From: Phallusia mammillata
Lineage: Eukaryota
Direction: 5' to 3'
NCBI GenBank assembly: GCA_965637545.1
Contig: OZ281500.1
Coordinates: 18,538,001 to 18,602,000, forward strand
DNA length: 64,000 bases
Positions 12,201 to 22,780 of the stretch are shown here, one piece after another. The notes beneath the pieces are model-generated. The model had not been told where the DNA came from. It did not search any database and saw only the letters and a program-made list of their open reading frames with translations. The stretch's first letter is position 1; each line of letters opens with the position of its first letter. The position numbers and the translations under genes were made by a program.

Positions 12201-12854
12201 ACCTCTGGTGAACTACAGCCTCAAGGAACGAACGGGACTCGTTTAAAGGTTAACTTTGTACCGAGCATGTACGGAAGGTCGTACCGAGCAAGACTTATTG
12301 TCCAGGTAAGGTTTGGGTTTCGAATACAGCTATATGTCTTATATTTGTAAGATATCTGAATAGGTACATAATTTACAAATTAAGTAACCGCGGGATGGCG
12401 CTAAAGCACTGTTCACTTAAAAACCTGAAGGAAAATATTCTTAAGAAAAATCCTGCTCATTTCTTCCTGATTATTGAATACACGTTTTTTAAATAATGTG
12501 AAATAAATGCAATTATGGGAGTCACAAAAGCCACAAGAAAACTAGTAAACGTGAAAAAGAATGATTTGTGGAAGGATTGTGGTGTATCAAAACCTAAAAC
12601 TAGCTGTTTTGCCACAATCCAATCAAATTTAGACCTTGGACATGCAATGGACCTACGATGTGAGAGGAGTGACGCCGGACTATCACACGCCCAACGTCCA
12701 GTCGGCCATTTTGACCTCGACCTTGGCCCGTCCTCGTGTGTTGGCTCAACGACCCAGGGTTAACTATGTGCGAAAGAATCTCAAGCTATCAGCAACGGCT
12801 GTTTCGTCTCCAATTAAGGGAATGCCCTTGGTAAATCGTCTAAAAAGCCAGTGA
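223..12854 (+). CDS. CFAP47: Cilia- and flagella-associated protein 47, 3' part (5' exons outside window)
   Basis: 14 phase-compatible GT-AG exons: 223-427, 977-1224, 6205-6340, 6491-6710, 7139-7372, 7938-8157, 8909-9020, 9323-9416, 9813-9947, 10050-10220, 10891-11062, 11432-11593, 12137-12305, 12633-12854. Repeated ASH/Ig-like segments (RVWYSLEV, GEFWYKLNL, IRWVFPIHGIPE, GGIWCFPL). C-terminus NYVRKNLKLSATAVSSPIKGMPLV resembles the vertebrate CFAP47 C-terminus as I recall it. Confidence 0.82.
2031..2547. mobile_element. Non-autonomous Helitron/Helentron (HINE/DINE-1)-like repeat, copy 1, with internal tandem duplication
   Basis: Begins CCCTGAAGGGGACACATATTG (2036-2056), also found at 56363-56383; then a T/C-rich tract and tandem subrepeats. 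Class assignment is inference; right boundary uncertain. Confidence 0.4.
2115..2422. repeat. Near-perfect 159-bp tandem duplication (about 2 copies, plus a degenerate third at ~2445-2547)
   Basis: CCCAAAGTTTGTCCGACTCG starts at 2115 and again at 2274; the units are almost identical through CCCCTAAAATGG. Confidence 0.9.
3159..5501 (+). mobile_element. Full-length hAT DNA transposon, Buster/Charlie/SPIN group (2343 bp)
   Basis: Left TIR CAGGGTGGCCAACC at 3159; right TIR GGTTGGACACCCTCG ending 5501; perfect 8-bp TSD ATTTAATA (3151-3158 and 5502-5509) with central TA; internal transposase. Confidence 0.93.
3473..5263 (+). pseudogene. GTF2IRD2/SPIN-like hAT transposase pseudogene (597 codons, one in-frame stop)
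   Basis: ORFs 3473-4324 and 4346-5263 are in the same frame, separated by TGA 4322-4324. N-terminal CLIC..KRHY..KH zinc finger, LALDESTD, TTDGAP, HCIIH, EVRWLSRG; the third catalytic motif reads TYLCAQ rather than TYLCEQ. Confidence 0.9.
8248..8408 (-). mobile_element. Penelope-like element fragment: 49-bp inverted repeat enclosing a degenerate minimal hammerhead core
   Basis: Arms 8255-8303 and 8353-8401 are reverse complements with 1 mismatch. The minus strand of the loop reads CTGATGA-TTGCATGAGCATTTGCC-GAAAC-GTT. Penelope assignment is inference. Confidence 0.55.
10657..10752 (+). ncRNA. Type I hammerhead ribozyme (intronic, sense to CFAP47)
   Basis: Core CTGATGA 10692-10698; stem II GACC/GGTC with loop TTATA; GAAA 10712-10715; stem III ACAGT(G)/(C)ACTGT; GTC cleavage triplet 10727-10729; stem I AGCTGCA (10685-10691)/TGTAGCT (10730-10736), extended by GAT/ATC and TAGCCAATA (10657-10665)/TATTGGCTA (10744-10752). 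Confidence 0.88.
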
Positions 12855-12882
12855 TCTGAATTTCATGTTTGCGGGTTCATGA

Positions 12883-12888
12883 AATAAA
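12883..12888 (+). terminator. Candidate polyadenylation signal AATAAA for CFAP47
   Basis: AATAAA 29 nt after the stop codon, followed by a T/GT-rich tract. Confidence 0.45.
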
Positions 12889-14483
12889 GCGATTTTGTTT
12901 GGTTATTTTATTAGAAAATGCTTACGAGTTATGTTTTAGGTTTGAGTTTGGACATTGTTTTTGTGTTATGCGCGTGTAAGTTTATTTTTGGTCTGTTTTT
13001 TTAATATATATTGTATAAAGATTTATAAAAGAATGAAATGTGTTATCCATAGAGCGTTTATTTTGTGTTTTTTGTAAGTTTTGTATGACAATATTTTGTT
13101 TGCTAAGATTTAAAAATTACAAATGTAGCGTCACTTTGCCTTGAATTGCTGTGTGTAAACCATTCTCAGGGAAGAAAGGCATAAAGACAGTAAAATGGGT
13201 TTATTTATCTACGTATTGAGCAGCCGTGTGTTGTGTACGATGACCAAAAACAAAGAAATATTCTTATTTGATCACTGCTGCTCTAATCCAGGTCGGTGAG
13301 GTCTGCGATTGAGATTATTTTATTTATTTTGACATTTTGGCGCTAAAGTCCGGTTAGCATTGAGTTTTGAGCAAACAACAATCAGCATCAGATTGCCTGG
13401 AGAAAATGGCGTTTTAGTGTTTACAAATTAAAATGAAAACATTTGATAGCGACTTTTCTGCTAGATGAAAGGTAAGTTCATTGTTTTTAGATAGTAAGTT
13501 TGGACATGTAATATAAAAACTAAACAAAATCCTAAATCCAATGTTGTTATTTTTTACATTGTCTCACTAAATTTGCCTGGGTATCAACAGTATTTTTGAA
13601 AATGATTTGCAGGTTTTGTTGTCTATAGACAGTTGTACATAAATTTTATCACAAACTTTGTTTTTTTTTCACTTAAATGTATTACAGGAGGCAATTAAAA
13701 CATGTAAGCAATACTGAATTGTGGTTTCTTAAGCATAGTTTAAGCACATAGTTTAAATTGTTTTGCTGCTTACCAAAATAACCTTCTGGTTGTTTTATCC
13801 ATTTTAACTTACCTAGATGTTTTATGAGCTTAATAAGCAAGGCATGTTACCTACAAAAGACATGACTTAGCCTACATCTAATATTTTATTATATGTACCA
13901 TGTTATTAGCATTATGTTTTTCTTTAGAAGTATTTTGTATTGCCATGTGACTGTTTTCCAAAACAGGGTTGGAAATAGGTCATGTGTATTACTATACCAG
14001 ACTGTTTTAACAATCTACAAGCACCAATCGACATGGTTTAGTAAATTTATTTGAAACAAGTAGAAAAGAGTTCATGGAAAAACTTGATTGTTATGTAAGA
14101 TAACTTGCAATAGATTGAATACATTGCCAGAGCTGATCAACATACAATATACAGGTAAGATTAAAATAACATTGGAAATATAAAGCAGTAAGAATTACAT
14201 TATAAAAAACTGTGAAACTTTGGCAAGAGTTTCAAGGTTTACAAAGTGTGTTAGTAGGCTAAAGTTATAAAAGTGGTTCTTTATATGCCATGTCAATGCT
14301 TTTCCAGCATACAGGTTTCAGGATTTCAAGTTTGTTTGCAAATTTTCAAAATGTGCACAAAGTGAAATTGAAATACATATGCTAGCGTTAAATACTTTGA
14401 AAACATTGTAATTTAAAAACAAACTGTTCTGTGATGTTGTGGAATACCAATATGAAGCACTCTGTGGCTTTGTCTGTATAGAA

Positions 14484-15083
14484 CAGGGGTCGCCAACCTG
14501 CGGCTGAGGAGTCGCATGCGGCTCTTTGATCCCTCTGATGCGGCTCAGTTTTTGAATTTACCAAATGTTGTACATTTGAATAAAAATTATGTGACGATTA
14601 TGCCGAACACAAAAGTCGAACACGAAAATTGAAGTGCAGTAGCAAGACTGTACTCGCTTGTTGTAGTTACCTGCAACCCCATCTCTATACCATTAAACGT
14701 GAAGTCTGAAAGAGGCAAACTGGCGGCGCGCAGGTTAATATGCAATATAAGACAATACTGTTTTTGTTTGTAGTGTGTGCGCGCGAAACAATAGCTGTTT
14801 GTTAATTGTTACGTAACAAACGCGTTAACAAAGGAATACAAATCTGCAAAAACAGAATATGCAACGCTACGTAAAGTTGTTTTCTCTGCTGACGAGACTA
14901 GTATACCAGTGTGTCTAATATGCAATGAAACACTAGCTAACAACAAAAAGTCGAATGTCATAAGACTAAAAACGTTTTGCATTTTATTTTAAATTTTAAA
15001 ACGACTTTGTGGCTCCCAGTGTTTTTTTACTACGTGGAACTGGTCCGAGTGGCTCTTTGAGTAGTAAAGGTTGGTGACCCCTG
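14484..15083 (+). mobile_element. 600-bp non-autonomous Buster/Charlie-type hAT deletion derivative
   Basis: TIRs CAGGGGTCGCCAACCT / AGGTTGGTGACCCCTG; perfect TSD GTATAGAA (14476-14483, 15084-15091); internal remnant encoding IPVCLICNETLANNKKSNVIR (transposase zinc finger) near 14900-14970. Confidence 0.9.
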
Positions 15084-15097
15084 GTATAGAAGGACCA

Positions 15098-18000
15098 CTA
15101 CGCGTTGGAACTTGCTTGTGCGCTAAGTTGAGACAGGGTCACGTTCTGTACGGGTACCGCGTCCGAGTTCGCCGTGTTTGGGGCACTTTCACCCAAATCA
15201 CATAACTCACAACATGGCCACGGCAAAAGCATCTTCCGCCAGGTGGAGAAACAGAGCAGCAGACAACACAGATTGATAAACTGATCGATGTCGAGGATCA
15301 GAATTGTAACCTGAAGATGTAGAAAATAGGTGTAAGCAGAAAAGCAAAATAGCAGAGAGCAGCTATAATAAACAGGGCAATGTTTTGCTCTTATAAATGC
15401 AACAAGTTTGTTAAACTGACAGCAATGTTTTATTTAGGTTCAGCTCTTGCGGCAAGACATTTGTCATGAACTAAGGGTCTAAAGAGGACAAAATGCTACC
15501 GCGGGACAATCTTGGCTACCTTTTTAACACCAGTTATATATCTAGATGGCTCTTCAGTTATTTCAAAAACAAAGAACGAAAACCAATACTTTTAGAATAT
15601 TTAATCAACTTTTCTTTTCAGTTTTAAACTTTAATGATTATGGAACCAGGTGATATTACATGTTTTATGAGTAAAATGTAAATTATTATCAATTACCATT
15701 TCGGGTACAAAACTTTTGATAAGCGTCACAACAACAAACGCTGTGACGTCAGTAAAGATGCAAATGGCTGCGAGGATGCAACATTTCGTCACAAGTCTTC
15801 TCGTTCCCTGGGACCCGGACGAAAGTTCACCAGCCTTGATCCAGCGTTTTACGATAAGTATGCAAAAGAGTGACAACAAAAACCCTGCAAAAACACACGG
15901 GATTGTCAGCGCAAGCAAAGAGCTGGTGAACAGGTAATTTACGTTTTTATATTCAATTAATGTGTGGTTTAGAGGTGTTGTTTTGAACCTGATTATGAGT
16001 GTATCTTGTATTACAGCAGAACTTTTTTAACCTGCGCAGCAGAAAACTGTTTTCTCGCGGCCTACTTTGTAGGCTATGAAAGCAAAATGATAAAAAAAAA
16101 CTTTTATCTGGTCGTTAAGATTGCGATCGCCTGCTTTTTTTCAACGAACCCCACAACGTAAGTCATCCTCTTGCAAAAACCAATGCATTTAAAGCTTTGG
16201 GTATGACATGGCGATCCAGTGTATTTTTGACTCACTTATTCCATAAGTGGTTTCTGTTTTTTTGCATATTCTATTTCTTACCATGCACAAGGATCTCTGC
16301 TATGAGACCGGCTAATGCTGGCGCCGAAACGTCCGTATCGTTTGTGACGCACATTGCATCATGTGACCATTGTTTCATGCCGATAATCACGATTCCTGTC
16401 ACAAACGCTATCACGATGAGCAGAAGCGTTAATCGACTCCACCTGAATGATAACACATACAATTTAGATTTGAAGCCATGTGTTTATTTACCCAATTGTA
16501 TTTACGAACATACAGTGTTACTTCTTGTAACTATTGGAAATATTGTCATGTACTTTTTTATTTCAGCGAGAAAAATGAGACTTACCACTTGATGAATGGA
16601 CTGGTCAGATGTCGCACTTGGGGCAAATCGTAAAGCACATGTTGACGTAACCATAAAAACGTCGTGAGAAGACCAAATCCTGAGAGAAACGCAATACTGT
16701 AAGTGTAAGGTATTGATTTAATTTTGTTACTTGTTAACTATATAGCATCTGTGAATAGACTGGCTTATGTGTCAGATTCAGAGTTGCAAGCGGGCCCGAA
16801 ATCTGAGCCCGAACTCGGCCCGAACCCGAAAGTATGAGCCCGAAGCCCGGCCCGAACCCGAAACGTTTTTGCGAAGCCCGTTTAGGCCCGAAATTTTGAT
16901 TGACAGGATGAGAAAGAAAAAAGAGATAGACAACAAATACAATCATCAATAGTAGACCATGGGGTAAACAATACGTTTTAGAGTAGAGTGGGCATTAGGT
17001 CAAAGCCAGAGTTTCTTAGCCGAGTGATTTTATTTTGTTTTTTTAAATGGCGGACACGGAACGTAAAGTAAGGCCCGTTTTAAGCCCGTTTTCTCACAAA
17101 TACCTAAGCCCGAACCCGGCCCGAACCCGAACCCGGTCCGAAAAGCCCGGCCCGACTTGCAACTCTGGTCAGATTTGTAATTTGTATTCGGGCCTTACGT
17201 TTTGAACGAGCGGCCAATTTAGGACCTAAATTCCAACTTTGCCCAACGTACTTCGCGATTTAACTTTCTTTTTGCAAATGCGCCTATATGATATTGATTT
17301 GTGGCGTTTGTACATTTCGAGTGTCAAAATACGGCTTGTGTTCCAAAATATTGTTTATTCAGCAAACTCAATTTTGAATTTAATTCCATCTGCAACTTAC
17401 TTTGGCATCGTGGAAAGATAAACTGTAATTTGATGAGAAAGAGTCTACTCCAGAGTTAGCAAAGTCTTTGTGCAACATGTTCGCAAACATACGCACGTAG
17501 TGAAAAAGTAACATGTAGCAAGTTTATAAACAATGCAACGTATATTAATGACCACACATTTTTCGCTGTTTGTCGGACAATGTCGGAAATGGTGTTACTC
17601 GCATTGTTTCATGTAGTTTTCATATTACGCGGATGATAAATCACTTATCGCCCCTAAATCTTTCACGACATATTATCTGTCAATCACGAATGGGCATTGG
17701 CAGTGCAAAACCATAAACAGTTCATTGTCCAAGTCATTTCGTTGTTTATTTGCATGTTTAGCTTCGGCTATGTTTGTGGTAATTAGAATAGAAATCAGAC
17801 AAACATCCTAATAAGCAGCCTTAACGAGGTTTGCGAGTGTTTCATGCCAAAAAACGTGAATTGAGAATTGGAAGGTCCCAATAAGAACTAGCATTTAAAT
17901 GTGCTGCCCTGGGGCTCTCCATAGCGAAAACCTAAAACATGACAAACATCCGTGTCAGGTTTATTGACCAAAATAGTAAGTCCAGCAACAAATGCTCTGA

Positions 18001-21000
18001 TTCGAGACCCCTGATATTTTGTTTTTTTGTGAAGTTTTGCTCAATTACTTTGCTTTTAGTGGTTTGCAACCGCCGCTTGACAAATGGTTTTCGTCAATTT
18101 TAGTCGCCTAAAAATAAAGTAACTCATAGACTCTGTACCAGTTGGTTTAAAATACCGCATATTGTACTAGTTACACAAGACTGGCAGTTTTAAAGTTTTT
18201 CGTACGCATTACCCCCTGAGTCTCTTTAGCTACGCCAAGCAGAATTGTAAACGGGCCTGAAATTTGAGCCCGAATCCCGAATCGTTTTTGAGAACCCGTT
18301 TGGGCCTGAAAGTTTGGTTGGCAGGCCTGTACATTGAAGCCTCAGGAAAGACCAAGTTAAATTAGGTTTCGAATCAAGCCCGCTGTTTAAAAGAATTACG
18401 TAAGCCCAAACCCGGCCCGACTTGCAACTCCGACGCCAACGACAAAACACAAACTATTTAAACGCTTACCTATTATAACAAGGAGGCGATTTGCTTTGGC
18501 GAAGTCCGAGCAGAGGTTGGCCAGCGGTGGACTGTATAAAACCACTTGTGCTAGAATGTACTTTGCTGTACATGTTACCGTGTAGGCTGTGACAAACATT
18601 AGTAGGCATCCGTCCAGTATTCGTCGTTTTGAAGCTTTAGGTAACCCAAGATATCGGCGGCGCCTGAACCAAAAAAAAGACGTCTTGTATAAACATGCAA
18701 AATTATTTTTTCGTTATTAAACTGTTAAAGGCTTATTGCTCACAATGAATATGTAAAGGCAGGACATAAGCTTATGTAGCACAACTGTTTTCTGGGAAGT
18801 AGGGATGCGCCGAGCCGAGCCAGAACCCGAGTACTCGGTACCGAGCATCGCTGTTTTTAATGCTCGGTGCTCGGCCGAGCAGTTGCGCAAACTGACCCGA
18901 GCGTTAAATTTGCATTTTCATGTCCTGCTAACATGCGTCACTAGTGTTCTAAAGGGTGCCTATGAACAAAAACGAATGATTTGTCAATGTACTAGATGAT
19001 GGAAAAAAGCCTACTTTATGGGCATGTACAGCTTAATAAAACACCGCCGGTGACGTAAGAAATCTTGTAGAGCTGAAACGTAGAAAGGGGATTTTTGTGA
19101 CGTCATAAAGCACCGAGCGTGCTCGGCCGAGCACCGAGCGTTAAAGTGAGATGCTCGGTGCTCGACCAAACAGAACATTTGCAGTTTTGGCACATCCCTA
19201 CTGGGAAGTATTTGTTTGTTTAACTCTCAGTGCAAGTCTCGTTCAATTTCTTGGGGCATAATAACGAAATTTCGTTGTACACGTCATCACTGGAACCACA
19301 TTATGATTTTGGCCAAAATCAGCTCGCCAATTAAATATGCAAACTAAGTTATTTTATTTTCAATTTTTTGGATTTTCCGACGGCAAGTGTACTTTAAGTT
19401 GTTTAGAGAGCCACTAAATTTCTAAGCATCCAAAAATACAGGTTAAATAACTTAACGGTATTTTGGTTCGTTTTTATCCTTAACACCAACACATATTTGA
19501 TCTATTTATTGGGTTGTTCCTTTCCATATTGACGTACAAAGCGGTATAATGACGCTGTCGACAAACTATAGTCTTCCAATTATGACGTCAATATACTTTC
19601 TCAAAAACATTTGGGAGTGCACGCCTGTGTCCCCGTGGTTTCAACTTGTTGAGTTTCATACCAATACTAATGCGTTAAATAAATTGCACAAAACGACCAA
19701 AATTGATGCTGTAGCATTTCAACTTATGTTACAAATGGAACTTGCGTGGTATCGTTTTCACAAAATCGATTTTCAAATGCATTTCATATCGCGTTTTGTA
19801 CGAGTCGATACATCATACTTACGCTGTCAAATCTAGAAAGGCGTTTGCGCAACTGGTGCTTTTGAAGTGAGTCAAAATGATTTTTTTTTCTTTAACCTAA
19901 CGATTTTGATTCAAATTAGTGGCAATTTTGCCATCATTTCGTGTTGTTTATGTTGCAAGAAGGTTCTAGAATAGCGAGTTAACAACCAAAATTAAGAAAA
20001 TGTTAATAAATTTTGCTTTAATAGTTGCAAAATTAATATCATAACTTTTAACGCCACAAGTAGTTATTATCTACATGCATTTGTCGTTAAGGTTGCGGAC
20101 AAAAAATAGGCTTTGCCGAAAATGCATTTCTAAGGCATTCAGACAAAAAATTCAGTGGTCTTCCGTGCTATTTTTTGTCATTTGGTCAAGTTACGTAACT
20201 TCTGATTAGTTCAGTTTAATCTTTGAATACAGTAAAAAATTAATCTGACTTTAGGCAAACATGGATACACTTGGCGGCCGTGAAATAAGGACCTAAAATG
20301 CGGCCGTCAACAGCGGAAAAACGTTGTGCACCCCTGTCTTATGGAAATTATTGGGAGACGGGCTTTATTCGGTATTAACACCTCCAATTGGCCTGGCGCA
20401 CTATGTTGATCTGATTTGGGCATTCCGTTCTGCAGCAAACGAGCCTTAATTGTTTACAATGACCAATCAAGCACGGTAGCGGCTTTTGATGTTGGTGCAG
20501 ACCTTTAAAACAACATTGCGTAATGCAAACCGTGAGCAGAAATTTAAACCTCAGTGGCAAGAAACCAAAGCCAGTGGCTAGTGACCAAGCTGACGTAACC
20601 GGATTTGCCGCGTGCACAAACACGAACAATTCCATTGTCCAGTCTTCTCTGGGCGGTCATGCGTGTCATGTAACGGTCAAAATGCGCTGTAACATCACGT
20701 TGCTGCAAAAACAAGACATACATTCCAGGAAAACCGAATGCTTTTGTAGCGTCTCGTTGTGAACTGTTGGCCAACCGTGCAGATTACCAAAACCGAAACG
20801 TTTTTTTTTGTACTCGTGAGGCGTTGCTTTGCATCAAAAGAATATTTTTATGAATTAAATAACCTGACTACTGCTTAAGTTTTCTTGTTGATTTTATTGG
20901 GATGTTGAACAAAATTACCAGAATAATTGATTTACCACATCGTTTGTGGTGCATTTTCCGCCTTTAGCTGTGTCCAATCGATTCATTGTCCGATTATAAA

Positions 21001-22780
21001 CAATTTCTTCACAAACTAATGTCAAATGTAGACCCGTACTTTACGCGTATCCGACAAATTTTAGTGATGTTTTATACCAGGGGTGGCCAACTTGTTAGTC
21101 GTTAAGATCGACGAAAATTTTCTTAATTGCACAGGATCGACTGATCAGTAGTAATTTAGGCTACCACTTACACAAAGCAATAACGCAAATTTCTGCATGA
21201 GATTTGATTGACGATTACAACATATTTATATTCATGAGTTTTATTATAAAGCATCACCCAGTTCTTGCAACAATAAAACGTCGCATATGTACATATTTTT
21301 CAAACTTTTAAATCTCCTCAATCAATTGCAACTGCTTCGTTAACGCAAACATTAAAGTTGTGACGACAAACGACATAATTTGTTGCTAAAATCACAATTG
21401 TTACCCACCAAAGAGAGTGACATTTACATTATTATTGTCTCATTGCACATTTGTGGGTTGTGTCAAAATGTCAGAAGTGCTGTTTTATATTATTTAATTT
21501 GTTTTTCAATTGATAAGCTTTTGATTAGTAATGGAGAATTTAGTGCGATCGACCAGTCAAAAGCAGACGATCGACCAGTCGATCGCGATCGACGTGTTGG
21601 CCACACCTGTTTTATGCAGTTCACATTGTGCGTGAAATTTGTAAAAGAACCAACAAGCGATGTTTGTATTTTCTATTTCAAAGTGTGCATTTTCTTTCGC
21701 AATCAATTCAATTGAAAACATGTGGATCTGGCAAAAGACCGTTCAAACGCACAGTTCATTCCAACAAAAAACAAGTTTCAAAATAGGCTTGTTTATGTTG
21801 ATCAGGGGTGTACAGATTTCTCAATCATTTTATTTCCGTGCCAAACTTATGTTCCAGTAGCTTGTATTATGTAAAGAAAGTATTTCATATATTTTTCTTT
21901 ACGCGAAACAACTACCATTTGTCCCATAGCAATGAAGGAACTGAAATATACATCTAATAAGCGCCTGGAACGCATGGAATTCGCAAATTGTTAGTACGTA
22001 AAGTAACTGAACATTCTATACCCATGTCATTTTTGAACCACATAGGGCCAGATTTACCCCGCAGATCCCGTGTTGTGCACCACTGGTGTAAATATACCAG
22101 ATAAATGCCAACTTCTCTACGTTGGTTTCAAAGTACGCTGCTGCATATAGCTTGACCCCCAGGTGAACTTATATGTTGCCTTTTCCACCGGACGTCCGGA
22201 AGTAATGCTATGACGTAAGTAGCAATTGGGTCTGGCCCTTGGCAGACAATACTATTGGACCCAATAATCACATGTGTTACATGCCATTAATATGTTAACT
22301 AACACAAAACAATTAACTGTACGTATTTAGGCACATAGGTCGTATGAACTGCAATTCTCAGTTTAATGTGTTTGTGAAAGTGTAGGAATATAAAATTAAA
22401 AACAGTTGGAACAAGATTTTTCCTTACGTTGAGCACTGCTGCAAAATGTTGTAACAAGAAACTACTTCGTTTTTTAGTATCAATATCTAACGATGTTTTA
22501 AAAAATGAACGTCTTGGTATTTAATGAAACAGCACAGTACTCTTTCTTGAGGATTTTGTCTGCGAAGTTGACTGTTTTGAGCAAAAATAAGCTTTACTAA
22601 CCTTCTAATCATGTAAAACACGAGTGCAGCCAGCATGTAAAGTGCTGCAAGGAGCATAAAGGTTTCCAGTATTGCAAACGCGACCCATAGCTTGCGATCA
22701 AGCAACATAGGAACACGTGGTTGTGTAGTCGAATTTCCAAGGCTTGAATTTTCCATTGGCATTAAGTTAACGCCGCTCAT
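15098..22780 (-). CDS. Lineage-specific seven-transmembrane GPCR-like protein (342 aa)
   Basis: Six phase-compatible exons: 22602-22780, 18470-18663, 16586-16679, 16282-16442, 15697-15884, 15098-15310 (1029 nt, ends TAG). Seven hydrophobic segments; motifs FLWLRQHVLY, CCILAAICIFTD, DQFINLCCLLLCFSTWRKMLLPW; N-terminal N-x-S sites; Cys at the start of TM3 and in ECL2. Confidence 0.8.
16779..17167. mobile_element. hAT MITE family A, copy 1 (389 bp)
   Basis: TIR CAGAGTTGCAAG(T)CGGGCC at both ends; perfect TSD GTCAGATT; many (A/G)CCCGAA subterminal repeats. Confidence 0.88.
18240..18432. mobile_element. hAT MITE family A, copy 2 (193 bp)
   Basis: CAGAATTGTAAACGGGCC ... GGCCCGACTTGCAACTCCG; TSD ACGCCAAG/ACGCCAAC (7/8). 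Confidence 0.8.
18800..19200. mobile_element. hAT MITE with TAGGGATG termini (401 bp)
   Basis: TAGGGATGCGCC ... GGCACATCCCTA; perfect TSD CTGGGAAG; repeated TGCTCGG/CCGAGCA subterminal motifs. Confidence 0.88.
21078..21609. mobile_element. Buster/Charlie-type hAT MITE (532 bp)
   Basis: CAGGGGTGGCCAAC ... GTTGGCCACACCTG; TSD TTTTATAC/TTTTATGC (7/8); GATCGAC subterminal repeats. Confidence 0.85.
21803..22085. mobile_element. Degenerate hAT MITE
   Basis: CAGGGGTGTACA ... TTGTGCACCACTG; flanks match only 5/8. A similar orphan right end lies at ~20323-20336. Confidence 0.4.

Noticed and set aside
13380-14320. Plus-strand donor/acceptor-like sites (GTAAGT near 13471, GTAAGA near 14155) suggesting a spliced transcript
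   Set aside because: No consistent open frame or start; cannot be supported without RNA data.
16197-16592. 131-aa plus-strand ORF, and similar ORFs at 3775-4404, 32405-32739, 55186-56196, 61998-62384
   Set aside because: Antisense shadows of real exons or of the transposase.
19529-19550. TTGACG...TATAAT bacterial promoter look-alike
   Set aside because: Spacer is only 10 nt and the DNA is eukaryotic intron; chance match.
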